Positions 1 to 8,741 of a stretch of 32,000 nucleotides of DNA are shown here, in pieces. Numbering within the stretch: the first letter of the stretch is position 1; each line of letters opens with the position of its first letter. Made by a program: the position numbers and the translations under genes. The stretch is from Candidatus Kuenenia stuttgartensis (lineage in GTDB: Bacteria > Planctomycetota > Brocadiia > Brocadiales > Brocadiaceae), in assembly GCF_900232105.1 (NCBI RefSeq), contig NZ_LT934425.1, forward strand, positions 1,050,001 to 1,082,000, given 5' to 3'. Under the pieces are notes generated by a model. That model ran no database searches and was not told where the DNA came from. It was given only the letters and a program-made list of their open reading frames with translations.

Positions 1-47
1 GGTATTTTTTCTATCACGGAAATTTTTCAAAAGACTAAAATGTTGCA
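1..47. repeat. Copy of dispersed ~47-nt intergenic repeat (family R1, core TTTTCAAAA[A/G]ACTAAAATGTT)
   Basis: ggtattttttctatcacggaaatttttcaaaagactaaaatgttgca aligns almost base for base with 4694-4740. Shorter core copies lie at 4443-4465 (inverted) and 27458-27482. Confidence 0.6.
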
Positions 48-353
48 AATTTTGTGATTTGGGCACTGGAATTTTATTGCAATACATGGCTCCATTATCC
101 ACACAAACTCATGGTTTGCAAACCTTAATCCACTTGGAGTTAGGCTGGGAAGTAAATAAGGTACCCCCCTTGATTAATGCTTAATTTATAGACAATAAAA
201 TGCATTTTGCTACTTTATTTGCCATGACACGACAAAGCGATGCATAGAATTTGAAGGGGCATACTATCGCACCTTATCGAGCGGAAATGAGTGTCTGAAG
301 TTCAGGAGGGGGAAACGGTGGGGGCATTATTACAGGCAGCTCGTGAATTGTAA

Positions 354-1118
354 TTACAATTTTATACGCAATCCATCATAAGCGAGTTCCACGTTTTCAG
401 GAAGCCTGCTATTTGTTGACTCATGCTCTATATCATGGCATATGTGGGTAAAATAGGTCTTTTGGGGCCTGACTTTAGAGACAATATCCAGCGCCTGGTC
501 TATATTGAAATGCTTTGCGTGAGGCGTGTAGCGGAGTGCGCCCAGGACAAGGACGTCGAGATTCATTAATTTTGCCAATGAGTGATCGGGTATTTCACTC
601 ACATCCGTTATATAAGCGAATCTTTCGAACCGATAGCCCGTAACGAGGCCATTCCCATGAATAGCGTCAATCGGCACAATGGAAAAACCGCCTATTTTTA
701 CATTGCCATCAATGGCGTTAAGAGAAAAGCGGGGTACATAGCCATCGTTTTTTGCCCGGATATCAAACGCATAGGCGAAAATTCTTTTTATGCCCTCAAG
801 GGTATCTGGTGTGCCATAAATAGGGATGTCTTTACGCTGTACAATATTGAACCGCCGGAGATCGTCCAGCCCGAAAATATGGTCTGCATGGATATGGGTT
901 ATGAGGACGGCATCCAGCCTGGTAACGTTGTTCTTTATACATTGAAGCCTCATTTCCGGCGTGGCGTCGATAAGGATGTCGCAGCCATTTTCACAAACAA
1001 GAACTGACGTGCGCATCCTTTTATTCTTTGGATTATCGGAGGTACACACCTTGCAGTTGCATGCAATCATCGGTACGCCGTGCGATGTTCCCGTGCCCAG
1101 GAATATTACTTCCATCAT
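354..1118 (-). CDS. MBL-fold metallo-hydrolase, PhnP-like phosphodiesterase family
   Basis: 254-aa ORF. It has N-terminal FLGTGTSHGVP, a CNCKVC cysteine motif and the metal motif ITHIHADH (HxHxDH), typical of beta-lactamase-fold or PhnP-like enzymes. Substrate is not inferable. Confidence 0.85.
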   Translation of the reverse strand: MMEVIFLGTGTSHGVPMIACNCKVCTSDNPKNKRMRTSVLVCENGCDILIDATPEMRLQCIKNNVTRLDAVLITHIHADHIFGLDDLRRFNIVQRKDIPIYGTPDTLEGIKRIFAYAFDIRAKNDGYVPRFSLNAIDGNVKIGGFSIVPIDAIHGNGLVTGYRFERFAYITDVSEIPDHSLAKLMNLDVLVLGALRYTPHAKHFNIDQALDIVSKVRPQKTYFTHICHDIEHESTNSRLPENVELAYDGLRIKL

Positions 1119-1180
1119 TTGTACCCTTTCAAAGGATATGAATACATTTAAGGGACTTGAAATTTTCTATTATGCTGCAG

Positions 1181-1245
1181 CAGTCGGTAGTCTACAGTCG
1201 GAAAATCGCAGGTTGAGGACTGCCGATTGCCGACCACAGAAGCAA
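1181..1245. repeat. Short periodic palindromic intergenic repeat (family R3-like)
   Basis: cagtcggtagtctacagtcgg...gcaggttgaggactgccgattgccgac resembles the 6690-6760 segment (gtagtcggcaatctaca...gcagattgaggatcgaggactgg). Confidence 0.45.
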
Positions 1246-1303
1246 CAATTAATATTTTGTCAAAAATGCAATGAAATTACTAATAAGGTACTAAATTGTT
1301 ACG

Positions 1304-2353
1304 TTATTTGTGCCTTCGCATGCCAACACGTTGACTCCATATTTTTTTTACTATCCCGTCATCGTCTTCATCATAAATTTCACCCAAAATCTCTTCCAGA
1401 ATATCCTCCATGGTTACGATTCCAACGGGTTTTAAATTTTTACAAACTATTGCCATTTGGAGGTGATATGTCTGAAGATTTTTTAATATCTTCAAAATGG
1501 GGTCATTTACCTCTACAAAATAAGGCTCACGGACCAGGTTTGACAATGAAAAAGGGCTTTTTGTATCCATCATTGCAATGAACTCTTTCGTGTGCAAAAT
1601 GCCAAAAACCTTTAACTCTCCTTCTTCCGAAATAACAGGAATCCTTGTATGGCCGCAGGCAATTACCACCTTCAGTATGTCTTCTTTGTTCATTGATACG
1701 GGTATGGTTACTGCTTTGGAAAATGGAAGCATTATTTCAGAAACCTTTTTAAATCTCAAGGCAAATAGGTTTAAAATGTAGTCTTTGTGAAACGGAGGCA
1801 ATGATTCCAGGGAAAGTTCGGGGGTCACGGTTTTATCAGAAACCGTTGTACGAATACCAAACAGCGATAAGAGTTTTATCGTCGATTCTTCCAGGGTATG
1901 AATAACGGGCATGGCAACCTTTATCATTATTCTCAGGAAACGTCCCGATACTAAAGACACCTCTTCGGGGTAACGGATTGCAATTGCTTTTGGCACCAAT
2001 TCGCCAATAACAACGGAAAAAAAGGTAAATGGAATAACAAAGAGGGCAATGCCTAGAATTTTTGCGGTTGTTTCCGAAACATTAAGTAATTTTTGAAGAA
2101 ACGGGAGTATCGTTTTTTCGACTTCCGCACCACCCACAGCAGCAGATAGTATGCCAACAAGGGTGATGCCTACCTGAATAGCGGCGAATGTCCTTTCCGG
2201 CCTGCTTTTTAAGTGCAGGAAAATTTTTGCCGCGCTATTCCCCCTGGACGCCATACTGCGCATGAGCGGCACGTTGGTGGATGCAAATGCCATTTCTACA
2301 CACGAAAACAAACTATTAAACAAAAGCATTATTGCTATTATAATCCAATCCAT
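1304..2353 (-). CDS. CNNM/DUF21 transmembrane domain plus CBS-pair protein (hemolysin/TlyC/CorC family)
   Basis: 349-aa ORF. The hydrophobic N-terminal half starts MDWIIIAIMLLFNSLFSCVEMAFAS, typical of DUF21. The C-terminal half has a CBS-pair-like pattern (IPV..., HLQMAIVCKNLKPVGIVTMEDILEEI). No CorC_HlyC tail is apparent. Confidence 0.85.
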   Translation of the reverse strand: MDWIIIAIMLLFNSLFSCVEMAFASTNVPLMRSMASRGNSAAKIFLHLKSRPERTFAAIQVGITLVGILSAAVGGAEVEKTILPFLQKLLNVSETTAKILGIALFVIPFTFFSVVIGELVPKAIAIRYPEEVSLVSGRFLRIMIKVAMPVIHTLEESTIKLLSLFGIRTTVSDKTVTPELSLESLPPFHKDYILNLFALRFKKVSEIMLPFSKAVTIPVSMNKEDILKVVIACGHTRIPVISEEGELKVFGILHTKEFIAMMDTKSPFSLSNLVREPYFVEVNDPILKILKNLQTYHLQMAIVCKNLKPVGIVTMEDILEEILGEIYDEDDDGIVKKIWSQRVGMRRHK

Positions 2354-2466
2354 AACGTATCTTCATGTATGGGTTAAATGGTATTTGCTTCTAAAAAACT
2401 CTTTTGGTATGTTTTGTGGTTCACGAACGGTACGATGGTAATGTGGCGGGAAAGAGTGAAATTCAT

Positions 2467-3804
2467 TTATAAAGAAAAACCCTCAAATTTTTCTAAAATT
2501 GCGGTTTTAACTGCTTCGTATGATGGCGGAACTGATACAGGTAGATTTGCAAACCTTGGTGTAACTTCTTTCAGTTTATTTTCGTGATAATTTATCTTAA
2601 ACTCGGTAAACTTCAACCCGTGTGCGGTTGAAATAACCACGACCTTTTCATGCGCTTTAATTTTTTTCTTTTCCAGCAATTTTTTCAGAACGGCAAGCGC
2701 AACGCCTGTGTGGGGACAGCTAAACAGTCCCGTTTTGTCCGCTTGCGCCGCTGCATTTGCCAATTCGTCTTCCGTTGCCTGTTCGACAATCCCATCAAAC
2801 TTTTTCAATATATTGATCGCCTTTTGGTAACTTACGGGATCCCCTATCTGAATGGCGCTGGCGAGTGTTTTTTGTGCTTTTATTGGCTTAAATTCTTTAA
2901 AACCTGTCAAATAACTAAGATACAAAGGGTTTGCCTTGGCTGCCTGAGCGCATACAATGCGCGGCCTTTTGTTTGTAATACCCATTGCTTCCATAATCAG
3001 AAAACCCTTTCCTATGGCGGAAGTGTTACCTAGATTCCCTCCGGGGACGACGATTACATCGGGGACTTCCCAGTCAAACTGTTGTACAATTTCGACGCTG
3101 ATAGTTTTCTGTCCTTCGATGCGCAGAGAATTCATGGAATTGGCAAGATAGATATTGTTTTTAAGACACACCTCCCTGACCAGTTTCATGCAGCCGTCAA
3201 AATCCGTATCGATGGAGAGCGTAAGGGCGCCGTTTGCAATGGGCTGGATAAGCTGTGCCAGGGACACCTTGTCCTTTGGGAGAAATACAATTGAAGGAAT
3301 CCCGGCCGCTGCACAATATGCGGCAAGGGCGGCAGATGTATCCCCGGTGGAGGCGCAGGCTACCGCGGGAATTTTTTTCCCTTCTGAAATCATCTGTTTT
3401 ACCATGGAAACCAGTACGGTCATTCCCAAATCTTTAAAAGATCCCGTGTGGGAATTTCCGCATTGCTTGATCCAGATATTTTCAATGCCGAGTTCCTTTC
3501 CCAGCCTTTCAGCCCAGAAAAGGTTACTGCCGCCTTCATACAAGGAGACTACATTTTCATTTTTCACCTGCGGACATACAAATTCCTTCTTTCCCCAGAC
3601 AGAACTGCCATATGGCCATTTCGTGCGAAGATAGCGTGCATCCAGCAAATCCTTCCAGTATTTTGCGTCGTGCTTACGCAATTGATCCAGGTCATGCACG
3701 ACCTCAAGAAGGTTGCCGCATTTTTTGCAATGATAAATAATTTCGTTTAGCTTGTATTTTTCATCGCAGCCCGCAATGCATTGAAACCACGCTCTGTATG
3801 GCAT
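2467..3804 (-). CDS. thrC: Threonine synthase
   Basis: 445-aa ORF. It has an N-terminal CxxC...CxxC zinc-ribbon-like segment (CIAGC...CKKC), the PLP-lysine motif [16 protein letters not shown] and a GN(L/F)GN-type loop (VPGGNLGN). Confidence 0.9.
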   Translation of the reverse strand: MPYRAWFQCIAGCDEKYKLNEIIYHCKKCGNLLEVVHDLDQLRKHDAKYWKDLLDARYLRTKWPYGSSVWGKKEFVCPQVKNENVVSLYEGGSNLFWAERLGKELGIENIWIKQCGNSHTGSFKDLGMTVLVSMVKQMISEGKKIPAVACASTGDTSAALAAYCAAAGIPSIVFLPKDKVSLAQLIQPIANGALTLSIDTDFDGCMKLVREVCLKNNIYLANSMNSLRIEGQKTISVEIVQQFDWEVPDVIVVPGGNLGNTSAIGKGFLIMEAMGITNKRPRIVCAQAAKANPLYLSYLTGFKEFKPIKAQKTLASAIQIGDPVSYQKAINILKKFDGIVEQATEDELANAAAQADKTGLFSCPHTGVALAVLKKLLEKKKIKAHEKVVVISTAHGLKFTEFKINYHENKLKEVTPRFANLPVSVPPSYEAVKTAILEKFEGFSL

Positions 3805-4046
3805 GAAGCCGTTCTCCCTTTTCCCTCGTAAAATAAATATTTTCTACAATTACTTCTGTGAAATTTTTTCTCATTATAGGCAGACATACATTGGATTATC
3901 AAGTAAAATAAAAAGGCCTTTCCCGCGCAGAACGGTTATTTTCGTTTTGACAAAAACACTCTTGTTCTGATAAGCTTCTCACAAGCCGTTGTATCGACAA
4001 AATTGTATAATGCCAGACCACCATAAAAATTTTGAAAGTGTTTATA

Positions 4047-4436
4047 ATGTTGCCATTCTTCAAAGATTTTGATAAAGAAACTTTCAAACGTGGGCTGAAA
4101 CATGCCTTCAGTGTTGGCACTGCGCAGGAATACGAGGTATTTAAAGAATACGAACATGCCCTCGCTGCCCGATTAGCGGCAATAATTCACAAAAGAAGGC
4201 TTACCATACCGGCAACAATGTTTCTGGAGTGTATGCAGCCGCTTAACTATATTGGAAGTCAGGCAATGGTATTCTTAAGGCCATTTTTAACCTTTTTCTT
4301 TTCCCCCAAAGAATATGATATACTTCAGGGCATTCTTGAAAGAAGAAAGGGTATGAAGATGATAATTGAAGCATTAGAAAATGCGCCACATCAACATCAG
4401 CAAGAAGATAAAAAGAAAAACGAAGAAAAATTGTAA
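4047..4436 (+). CDS. Hypothetical protein (no family recognised)
   Basis: The track ORF begins at TTG 4032 and the first ATG is 4047 (MLPFFKDF...). It has a K/E/Q-rich tail and is divergent from thrC. Support comes only from ORF length and the lack of a better overlapping ORF. Confidence 0.45.
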   Translation: MLPFFKDFDKETFKRGLKHAFSVGTAQEYEVFKEYEHALAARLAAIIHKRRLTIPATMFLECMQPLNYIGSQAMVFLRPFLTFFFSPKEYDILQGILERRKGMKMIIEALENAPHQHQQEDKKKNEEKL

Positions 4437-4442
4437 TAATTC

Positions 4443-4739
4443 GTAACACTTTAGTTTTTTGAAAAGTGTACTACATATAAGCTCCGTAGGAGCAGCCTGT
4501 TTGCAGCAAAATAGGATATTATAACAGATCGTAGAGACAGGTTTGAAACCTGTCTCTGCAATTAGGGGCGACCTGTCTCTTGTAAATCCATATAAACAGG
4601 TCTGCCTGAATACGGACAGGCCGCTCCTACGGAGCTATTTACCTTATTGAATTTTATTGCGCTACAAACAGACCGCCCCTGACGGGGCTACATGGTATTT
4701 TTTCAATCCCGGGAATTTTTCAAAAAACTAAAATGTTAC
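4443..4739. repeat. ~297-bp composite palindromic (MITE-like) element bounded by 23-bp inverted R1 cores
   Basis: The ends are gtaacactttagttttttgaaaa (4443-4465) and ttttcaaaaaactaaaatgttac (4717-4739), with 1 mismatch. Inside is a 20-bp inverted repeat, gctccgtaggagcagcctgt (4481-4500) against acaggccgctcctacggagc (4616-4635). Also inside is the hairpin agagacaggtttgaaacctgtctct (4533-4557). Confidence 0.65.
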
Positions 4740-4769
4740 AATAATTCACATTAAAATAGAACATAGATT

Positions 4770-6578
4770 ATGGAACAAAAATATCCTGATTTGAATGTTA
4801 TCATTGCCACAGATTGTGGCAGTACCACTACAAAAGCTATTTTAATTGAGAAAAATGACGGCGTTTACCGGCAAACATTCAGGGGAGAATCACCGACAAC
4901 CGTGGAAGCCCCTTTTGAAGACGTTACCCGTGGAGTACTCAACGCATTTGCGGAGGTGGAGGAGCTTTCAGGCAGGAAGATTTTAGACGGAGAAAAAATT
5001 ATAACTCCTGCCAGTGGCAATGTGGGGGTTGATATTTATGTTTCCACAAGCAGCGCAGGCGGGGGATTGCAAATGATGGTTGCGGGGGCAGTCAAGACTA
5101 TGACAGCAGAAAGCGCCCAAAGAGCGGCATTGGGGGCAGGCGCAATCGTCATGGACGTCATTGCCTCAAATGATAAACGGCTCCCTCATGAAAAAATTGA
5201 CCGGATAAGACACCTGCGGCCCGATATGATACTCCTTTCCGGAGGTACGGACGGGGGGACGGTTACCCACGTAGTGGAACTGGCAGAATATATCGCGGCA
5301 GCGAATCCAAGACCAAGGCTCGGCATGTCATTTCAACTTCCCATTGTGTATGCAGGCAACAAGGACGTTCGTCAAAAAATCACCGAAATACTGGGGGAAA
5401 AAACTTCGCTGCATATCACTGAAAACCTGCGTCCCACACTGGAGCGGGAAAATCTTTTCCCTGCACGCCAGGAGATTCAAAAACTCTTTCTTGAACATGT
5501 CATGGCGCAAGCGCCAGGCTACAAGACACTGATGACCTGGACAGGCGCCCCGATTATGCCTACCCCGGCGGCAGTCGGCCTCATTATGCAGACGATAGCA
5601 AAGAGGGACAATATTAACGTAGTCGGGGTTGATATTGGTGGTGCAACAACTGATGTTTTTTCCGTTTATGGAGAGGTCTTCAACCGTACGGTTAGCGCAA
5701 ATCTGGGAATGAGCTATAGCGTGTCAAATGTTTTGGCAGAGGCGGGACTTCCGAATATTTTGAGGTGGATGCCTTTTGATATAGAGGAATCTGATTTAAG
5801 GAACAGGATTAAGAATAAAATGATCCGCCCTACGACCATACCGCAAACTCTGGATGAACTAAAAATAGAGCAGGCATTGTCTCGTGAAGCGCTCAGGCTT
5901 TCCTTTGATCAGCATAAATCATTGGCAGTCGGGTTAAGAGGTGTACAGCGGGAGAGGGATATTTCCGAGGCGTTACAACAGGATGTTTCAGCAGAAACGA
6001 TTGTTGACATGCTAAAATTAGATCTTCTGGTTGGCAGCGGAGGGGTATTATCCCATGCGCCGCGAAGGGTGCAATCAATGCTTATGATGATTGACGCCTT
6101 TCAGCCGGAAGGGATAACGAGGATTGCCGTGGACAGTATTTTCATGATGCCGCATCTCGGAGTCCTTTCCTCAATAAATGAAAAGGCGGCAACGGAGGTA
6201 TTTATGAAAGATTGCCTGATTCATCTTGGAACCTGCGTTTCTCTTGCAAAAAGCCGCACCGGCAAGGCAGGGGAGGCATGTCTGTCGTATAAAATAACCC
6301 TGCCCGGTGGGAAAACAAGGGAAGAATCAATGCCGTTTGGAGATTTGCGCGTGATACCCCTTGATATTAATGAAACTGCGGAAATGGAGATATCCCCGTC
6401 GAAGAATTATGATGTAGGCAAGGGAAGGGGAAAGGCTATCACCGCACATGTACATGGCGGGGTTATCGGCGTTGTAATCGATACCCGGGGAAGACCTGTT
6501 GTTTTGGCGAAAGATAAAGCCTCGCGGGTAGAGCAATTAAAGAAATGGACGCAAGCCATTGATGCGTATCCGCAATAG
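4770..6578 (+). CDS. GlmL/MutL-family ASKHA ATPase (glutamate-mutase-L-like putative reactivase or chaperone)
   Basis: 602-aa ORF. It has two actin-fold phosphate motifs (ATDCGSTTTKA and VGVDIGGATTDVFS). It also has family-typical blocks SSAGGGLQM, AESAQRAALGAGA, PDMILLSGGTDGG, PIVYAGNK and MPTPAAV, as I remember them from clostridial GlmL. Confidence 0.8.
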   Translation: MEQKYPDLNVIIATDCGSTTTKAILIEKNDGVYRQTFRGESPTTVEAPFEDVTRGVLNAFAEVEELSGRKILDGEKIITPASGNVGVDIYVSTSSAGGGLQMMVAGAVKTMTAESAQRAALGAGAIVMDVIASNDKRLPHEKIDRIRHLRPDMILLSGGTDGGTVTHVVELAEYIAAANPRPRLGMSFQLPIVYAGNKDVRQKITEILGEKTSLHITENLRPTLERENLFPARQEIQKLFLEHVMAQAPGYKTLMTWTGAPIMPTPAAVGLIMQTIAKRDNINVVGVDIGGATTDVFSVYGEVFNRTVSANLGMSYSVSNVLAEAGLPNILRWMPFDIEESDLRNRIKNKMIRPTTIPQTLDELKIEQALSREALRLSFDQHKSLAVGLRGVQRERDISEALQQDVSAETIVDMLKLDLLVGSGGVLSHAPRRVQSMLMMIDAFQPEGITRIAVDSIFMMPHLGVLSSINEKAATEVFMKDCLIHLGTCVSLAKSRTGKAGEACLSYKITLPGGKTREESMPFGDLRVIPLDINETAEMEISPSKNYDVGKGRGKAITAHVHGGVIGVVIDTRGRPVVLAKDKASRVEQLKKWTQAIDAYPQ

Positions 6579-6662
6579 GAGTTTTACCAGGACGTTAAAT
6601 TATGCTTAGTACTTATCACTACTTTCTTTGCACACTTCCATTCGTCAGTGCGTGCTTTTTGG

Positions 6663-6794
6663 AAAATATTTAATGGCCACTTCTGTAGTCGGCAATCTAC
6701 AATCAGCAATCAGCAATCAGCAATCGGCAAATTGCAGATTGAGGATCGAGGACTGGAGATTGGGGACTATTTTCGCGCTTGTTTGGTTCTGGCC
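6663..6794. repeat. Mosaic intergenic repeat (family R3) with conserved ends and a (CAGCAAT)n periodic core
   Basis: It starts aaaatatttaatgg (also at 8742-8755) and ends ttcgcgcttgtttggttctggcc (compare 27555-27579). The interior has cagcaat repeated three to four times, followed by gcagattgaggatcgaggactggagattgggga. Confidence 0.55.
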
Positions 6795-6802
6795 ATGCCA
6801 GC

Positions 6803-6908
6803 TTAGGAATTTCAATATTTTTTAAAGGCGCATTGCATGCGTCTCTTTGTTATGTCAATATTTTTCTTTACGTACAGCAGTTTACAGACGTATGCAATGC
6901 GTCTCTAC
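6803..6908. repeat. R2 repeat: two inverted palindromic units (GAGACGCATTGCATGCGTCTC) flanking a ~41-nt core
   Basis: The order is ttaggaatttcaatatttttt, then ggcgcattgcatgcgtctc, then the core, then agacgtatgcaatgcgtctctac. A second copy lies at 11028-11138. Confidence 0.65.
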
Positions 6909-6932
6909 ATTAAAAACAGGATTTTGTAAAAC

Positions 6933-8057
6933 ATGACACACGCATATACACCTGGTTTACGCATATCTGAAAAAACAAAAATCGCAAGCCGAAGATCCTT
7001 GCCCCTGCTGGGTGACGTTCTTGTTAAAAAAGGCGCTACGTTGAAGGCTGAGGATGTTGTAGCTGTCACCCATTTACCCGGCAAAGTGCACGTCACTAAT
7101 GCGGTTAACCGGCTGGGAATTCAACCAAAAGACCTTAAGGATTACATGTTGAAAAAAGAGGGTGATTCCGTACAGAAAAACGAACCCATTGCGGAGACAA
7201 GGCCATGGCTGAAGATGATGAAATCTGTTTTGCTATCGCCCATTACCGGTACTATTGAAACAATCTCTACGATAACGGGACAAATTCTTCTGCGCGAACC
7301 TCCAAGGCCGATCGAGGTATATTCCCACGTTGATGGTATCGTTACAGAAGTAATGGAAAAAGAGGGGGTGGTGGTAGAAACGGTTGGCACCTTCATACAG
7401 GGGATTTTTGGCGTTGGCGGGGAAACGGTTGGCGAACTTGCAATCGCCGTTGACGGCCCTGACGATATAATTACCGCAGATAAAATTCATTCTGAATACA
7501 AAGACAAAATTATTGTTGGCGGCGCTTTTGTTGAATATGATACCATTGAAAAGGCAAAAAAGATCGGCGTTAAAGGTATAATTGTCGGTGGTTTTAATGA
7601 TGATGACCTTAAGAAACTCCTGGGATATGATTTAGGCGTGGCGATTACCGGTTCGGAAGAAATTGACATAACGCTTATCATTACGGAAGGGTTTGGGCGC
7701 ATACAAATGGCACAAAGGACGTTCGAATTGCTCAAATCCCGCGCAGGCGCCAAGATTTCAATAAACGGGGCGACTCAGATACGTGCAGGGGTGGTGCGTC
7801 CTGAAATTATAATACCGCTTGCAACTCAGACAACCGGAGAGAAAGATACTGGTATGGCAGACAGAGGTATGGAAATCGGAGATCCGGTGAGGGTCATTCG
7901 TGCGCCCTATTTTGGCAGGATCGGAAACATCAAGGCACTGCCCTTTTCCCCACAACTCATCGAAACAGAAGCCACCGTACGCGTGCTTGAAGTAGCATTT
8001 GCAGATGGCACATCTGCGGTTGTTCCCCGGACAAATGTGGAAATGATTGAAACTTAA
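6933..8057 (+). CDS. Conserved-looking hypothetical protein, 374 aa (hybrid-barrel-like N-terminus, Rossmann-like middle, KOW/SH3-like C-terminus)
   Basis: Long ORF with no competing frame. It contains LPLLGDVLVKKGATLKAEDVVAV and SPITGTIETIS (lipoyl/hybrid-motif-like), KIIVGGAFVEYDTIEKAKKIGVKGIIVGG, and GDPVRVIRAPYFGRIGNI (KOW-like). The family was not recognised. Confidence 0.7.
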   Translation: MTHAYTPGLRISEKTKIASRRSLPLLGDVLVKKGATLKAEDVVAVTHLPGKVHVTNAVNRLGIQPKDLKDYMLKKEGDSVQKNEPIAETRPWLKMMKSVLLSPITGTIETISTITGQILLREPPRPIEVYSHVDGIVTEVMEKEGVVVETVGTFIQGIFGVGGETVGELAIAVDGPDDIITADKIHSEYKDKIIVGGAFVEYDTIEKAKKIGVKGIIVGGFNDDDLKKLLGYDLGVAITGSEEIDITLIITEGFGRIQMAQRTFELLKSRAGAKISINGATQIRAGVVRPEIIIPLATQTTGEKDTGMADRGMEIGDPVRVIRAPYFGRIGNIKALPFSPQLIETEATVRVLEVAFADGTSAVVPRTNVEMIET

Positions 8058-8120
8058 TTACGCCTTTACGTACAACTTATTTCCTCCATCCTCGTTTTGT
8101 AAGTTTTTGTTCATTAAAAA

Positions 8121-8247
8121 CCGCTAAATTCGAAATTCGAAAAAATCTCAAAACTCAAAACTACAAATTCAAATATTCCAAACCTCGTTTTTAATTTTTT
8201 TCACTTGATATTAGAATTCGCTTCGGATTTTCGAATTTGGTTGCGGC
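8121..8247. repeat. Mosaic intergenic repeat (R3-type) with inverted CGAAATTCGAAA arms
   Basis: ccgctaaattcgaaattcgaaaa...caaaactcaaaactacaaattcaaat...ttcggattttcgaatttggttgcggcc. The arms are inverted and the right end is tttggttgcggcc, similar to other R3 copies. Confidence 0.5.
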
Positions 8248-8369
8248 CAAAGACGACACCAGGTGTTTAATGGCGAAATCCCCCCCTACCGGCAGGCAAG
8301 AACAATATAAAATGGAGGTTCAAGTTTGCATTGATGCAAAGCCTTAATGCCAGCATCCATTAACCAGCC

Positions 8370-8651
8370 TTATTCGGCAGGTAATCTTTCTGCTTCTGCT
8401 TCGGCTTCGGCTTCGGCTTCGGCTTTAGCCGCTTCTTCTTTCTGTTGTTTTTCTTTCCGTTTTTTTTCTGCCTGCCTTATGTCATATTCAAGCTCACGGT
8501 TGAGTTTATCCGCATCCGTTTTCGAGTCATCAATAAAAAATTGCTCTGAGGTTTTAAATTTTATATATACCCTTTCGTCACCGCAGCCTGGAAGAACGAA
8601 TAAAATAGCAAGGATTGGTATTGTCTGTAAGAGATAATTTCGTAGTTTCAT
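8370..8651 (-). CDS. Small secreted lipoprotein with K/E-rich tail and (EA)n repeat
   Basis: 93-aa ORF. It has a signal peptide ending in the lipobox LPGC (MKLRNYLLQTIPILAILFVLPGC) and AAAGGA about 10 nt upstream of the ATG. The C-terminal AEAEAEAEAEAE is encoded by the hexanucleotide repeat at 8392-8430. Confidence 0.6.
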   Translation of the reverse strand: MKLRNYLLQTIPILAILFVLPGCGDERVYIKFKTSEQFFIDDSKTDADKLNRELEYDIRQAEKKRKEKQQKEEAAKAEAEAEAEAEAERLPAE

Positions 8652-8741
8652 GCATAGTATTCCTTTAATGAAATATTAAAACGGAGGGTTTGCGGCTAGT
8701 ATATTTAGTACCTTATCAGTAATTTTTTCGCATCTTTTGGC

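Noticed and set aside
1-353. A 350-nt ORF-free stretch at the window start, considered as a possible ncRNA locus.
   Set aside because: Apart from the R1 repeat copy (1-47), I could not recognise any known RNA family signature or a convincing conserved structure by eye. It is left unannotated.
582-3750. Plus-strand ORFs antisense to the MBL hydrolase, CNNM and thrC genes (582-1007, 961-1581, 1578-1781, 2650-3033, 3155-3634 and others).
   Set aside because: Each is overlapped by a longer minus-strand ORF with clear family motifs. The antisense products have no recognisable motifs and odd composition.
6628-6825. A 65-aa ORF and a (CAGCAAT)n run that could superficially suggest a CRISPR or other repeat array.
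   Set aside because: The unit is only 7 nt with no spacers, and there are no cas genes. The ORF is a translation of an R3 mosaic repeat. The same applies to the 8737-8958 ORF.
8347-8637. A plus-strand 96-aa ORF with an (SA)n tract opposite the lipoprotein gene.
   Set aside because: Both strands are open because of the hexanucleotide repeat. The minus strand was preferred because it gives a signal peptide with an LPGC lipobox and has a Shine-Dalgarno sequence.
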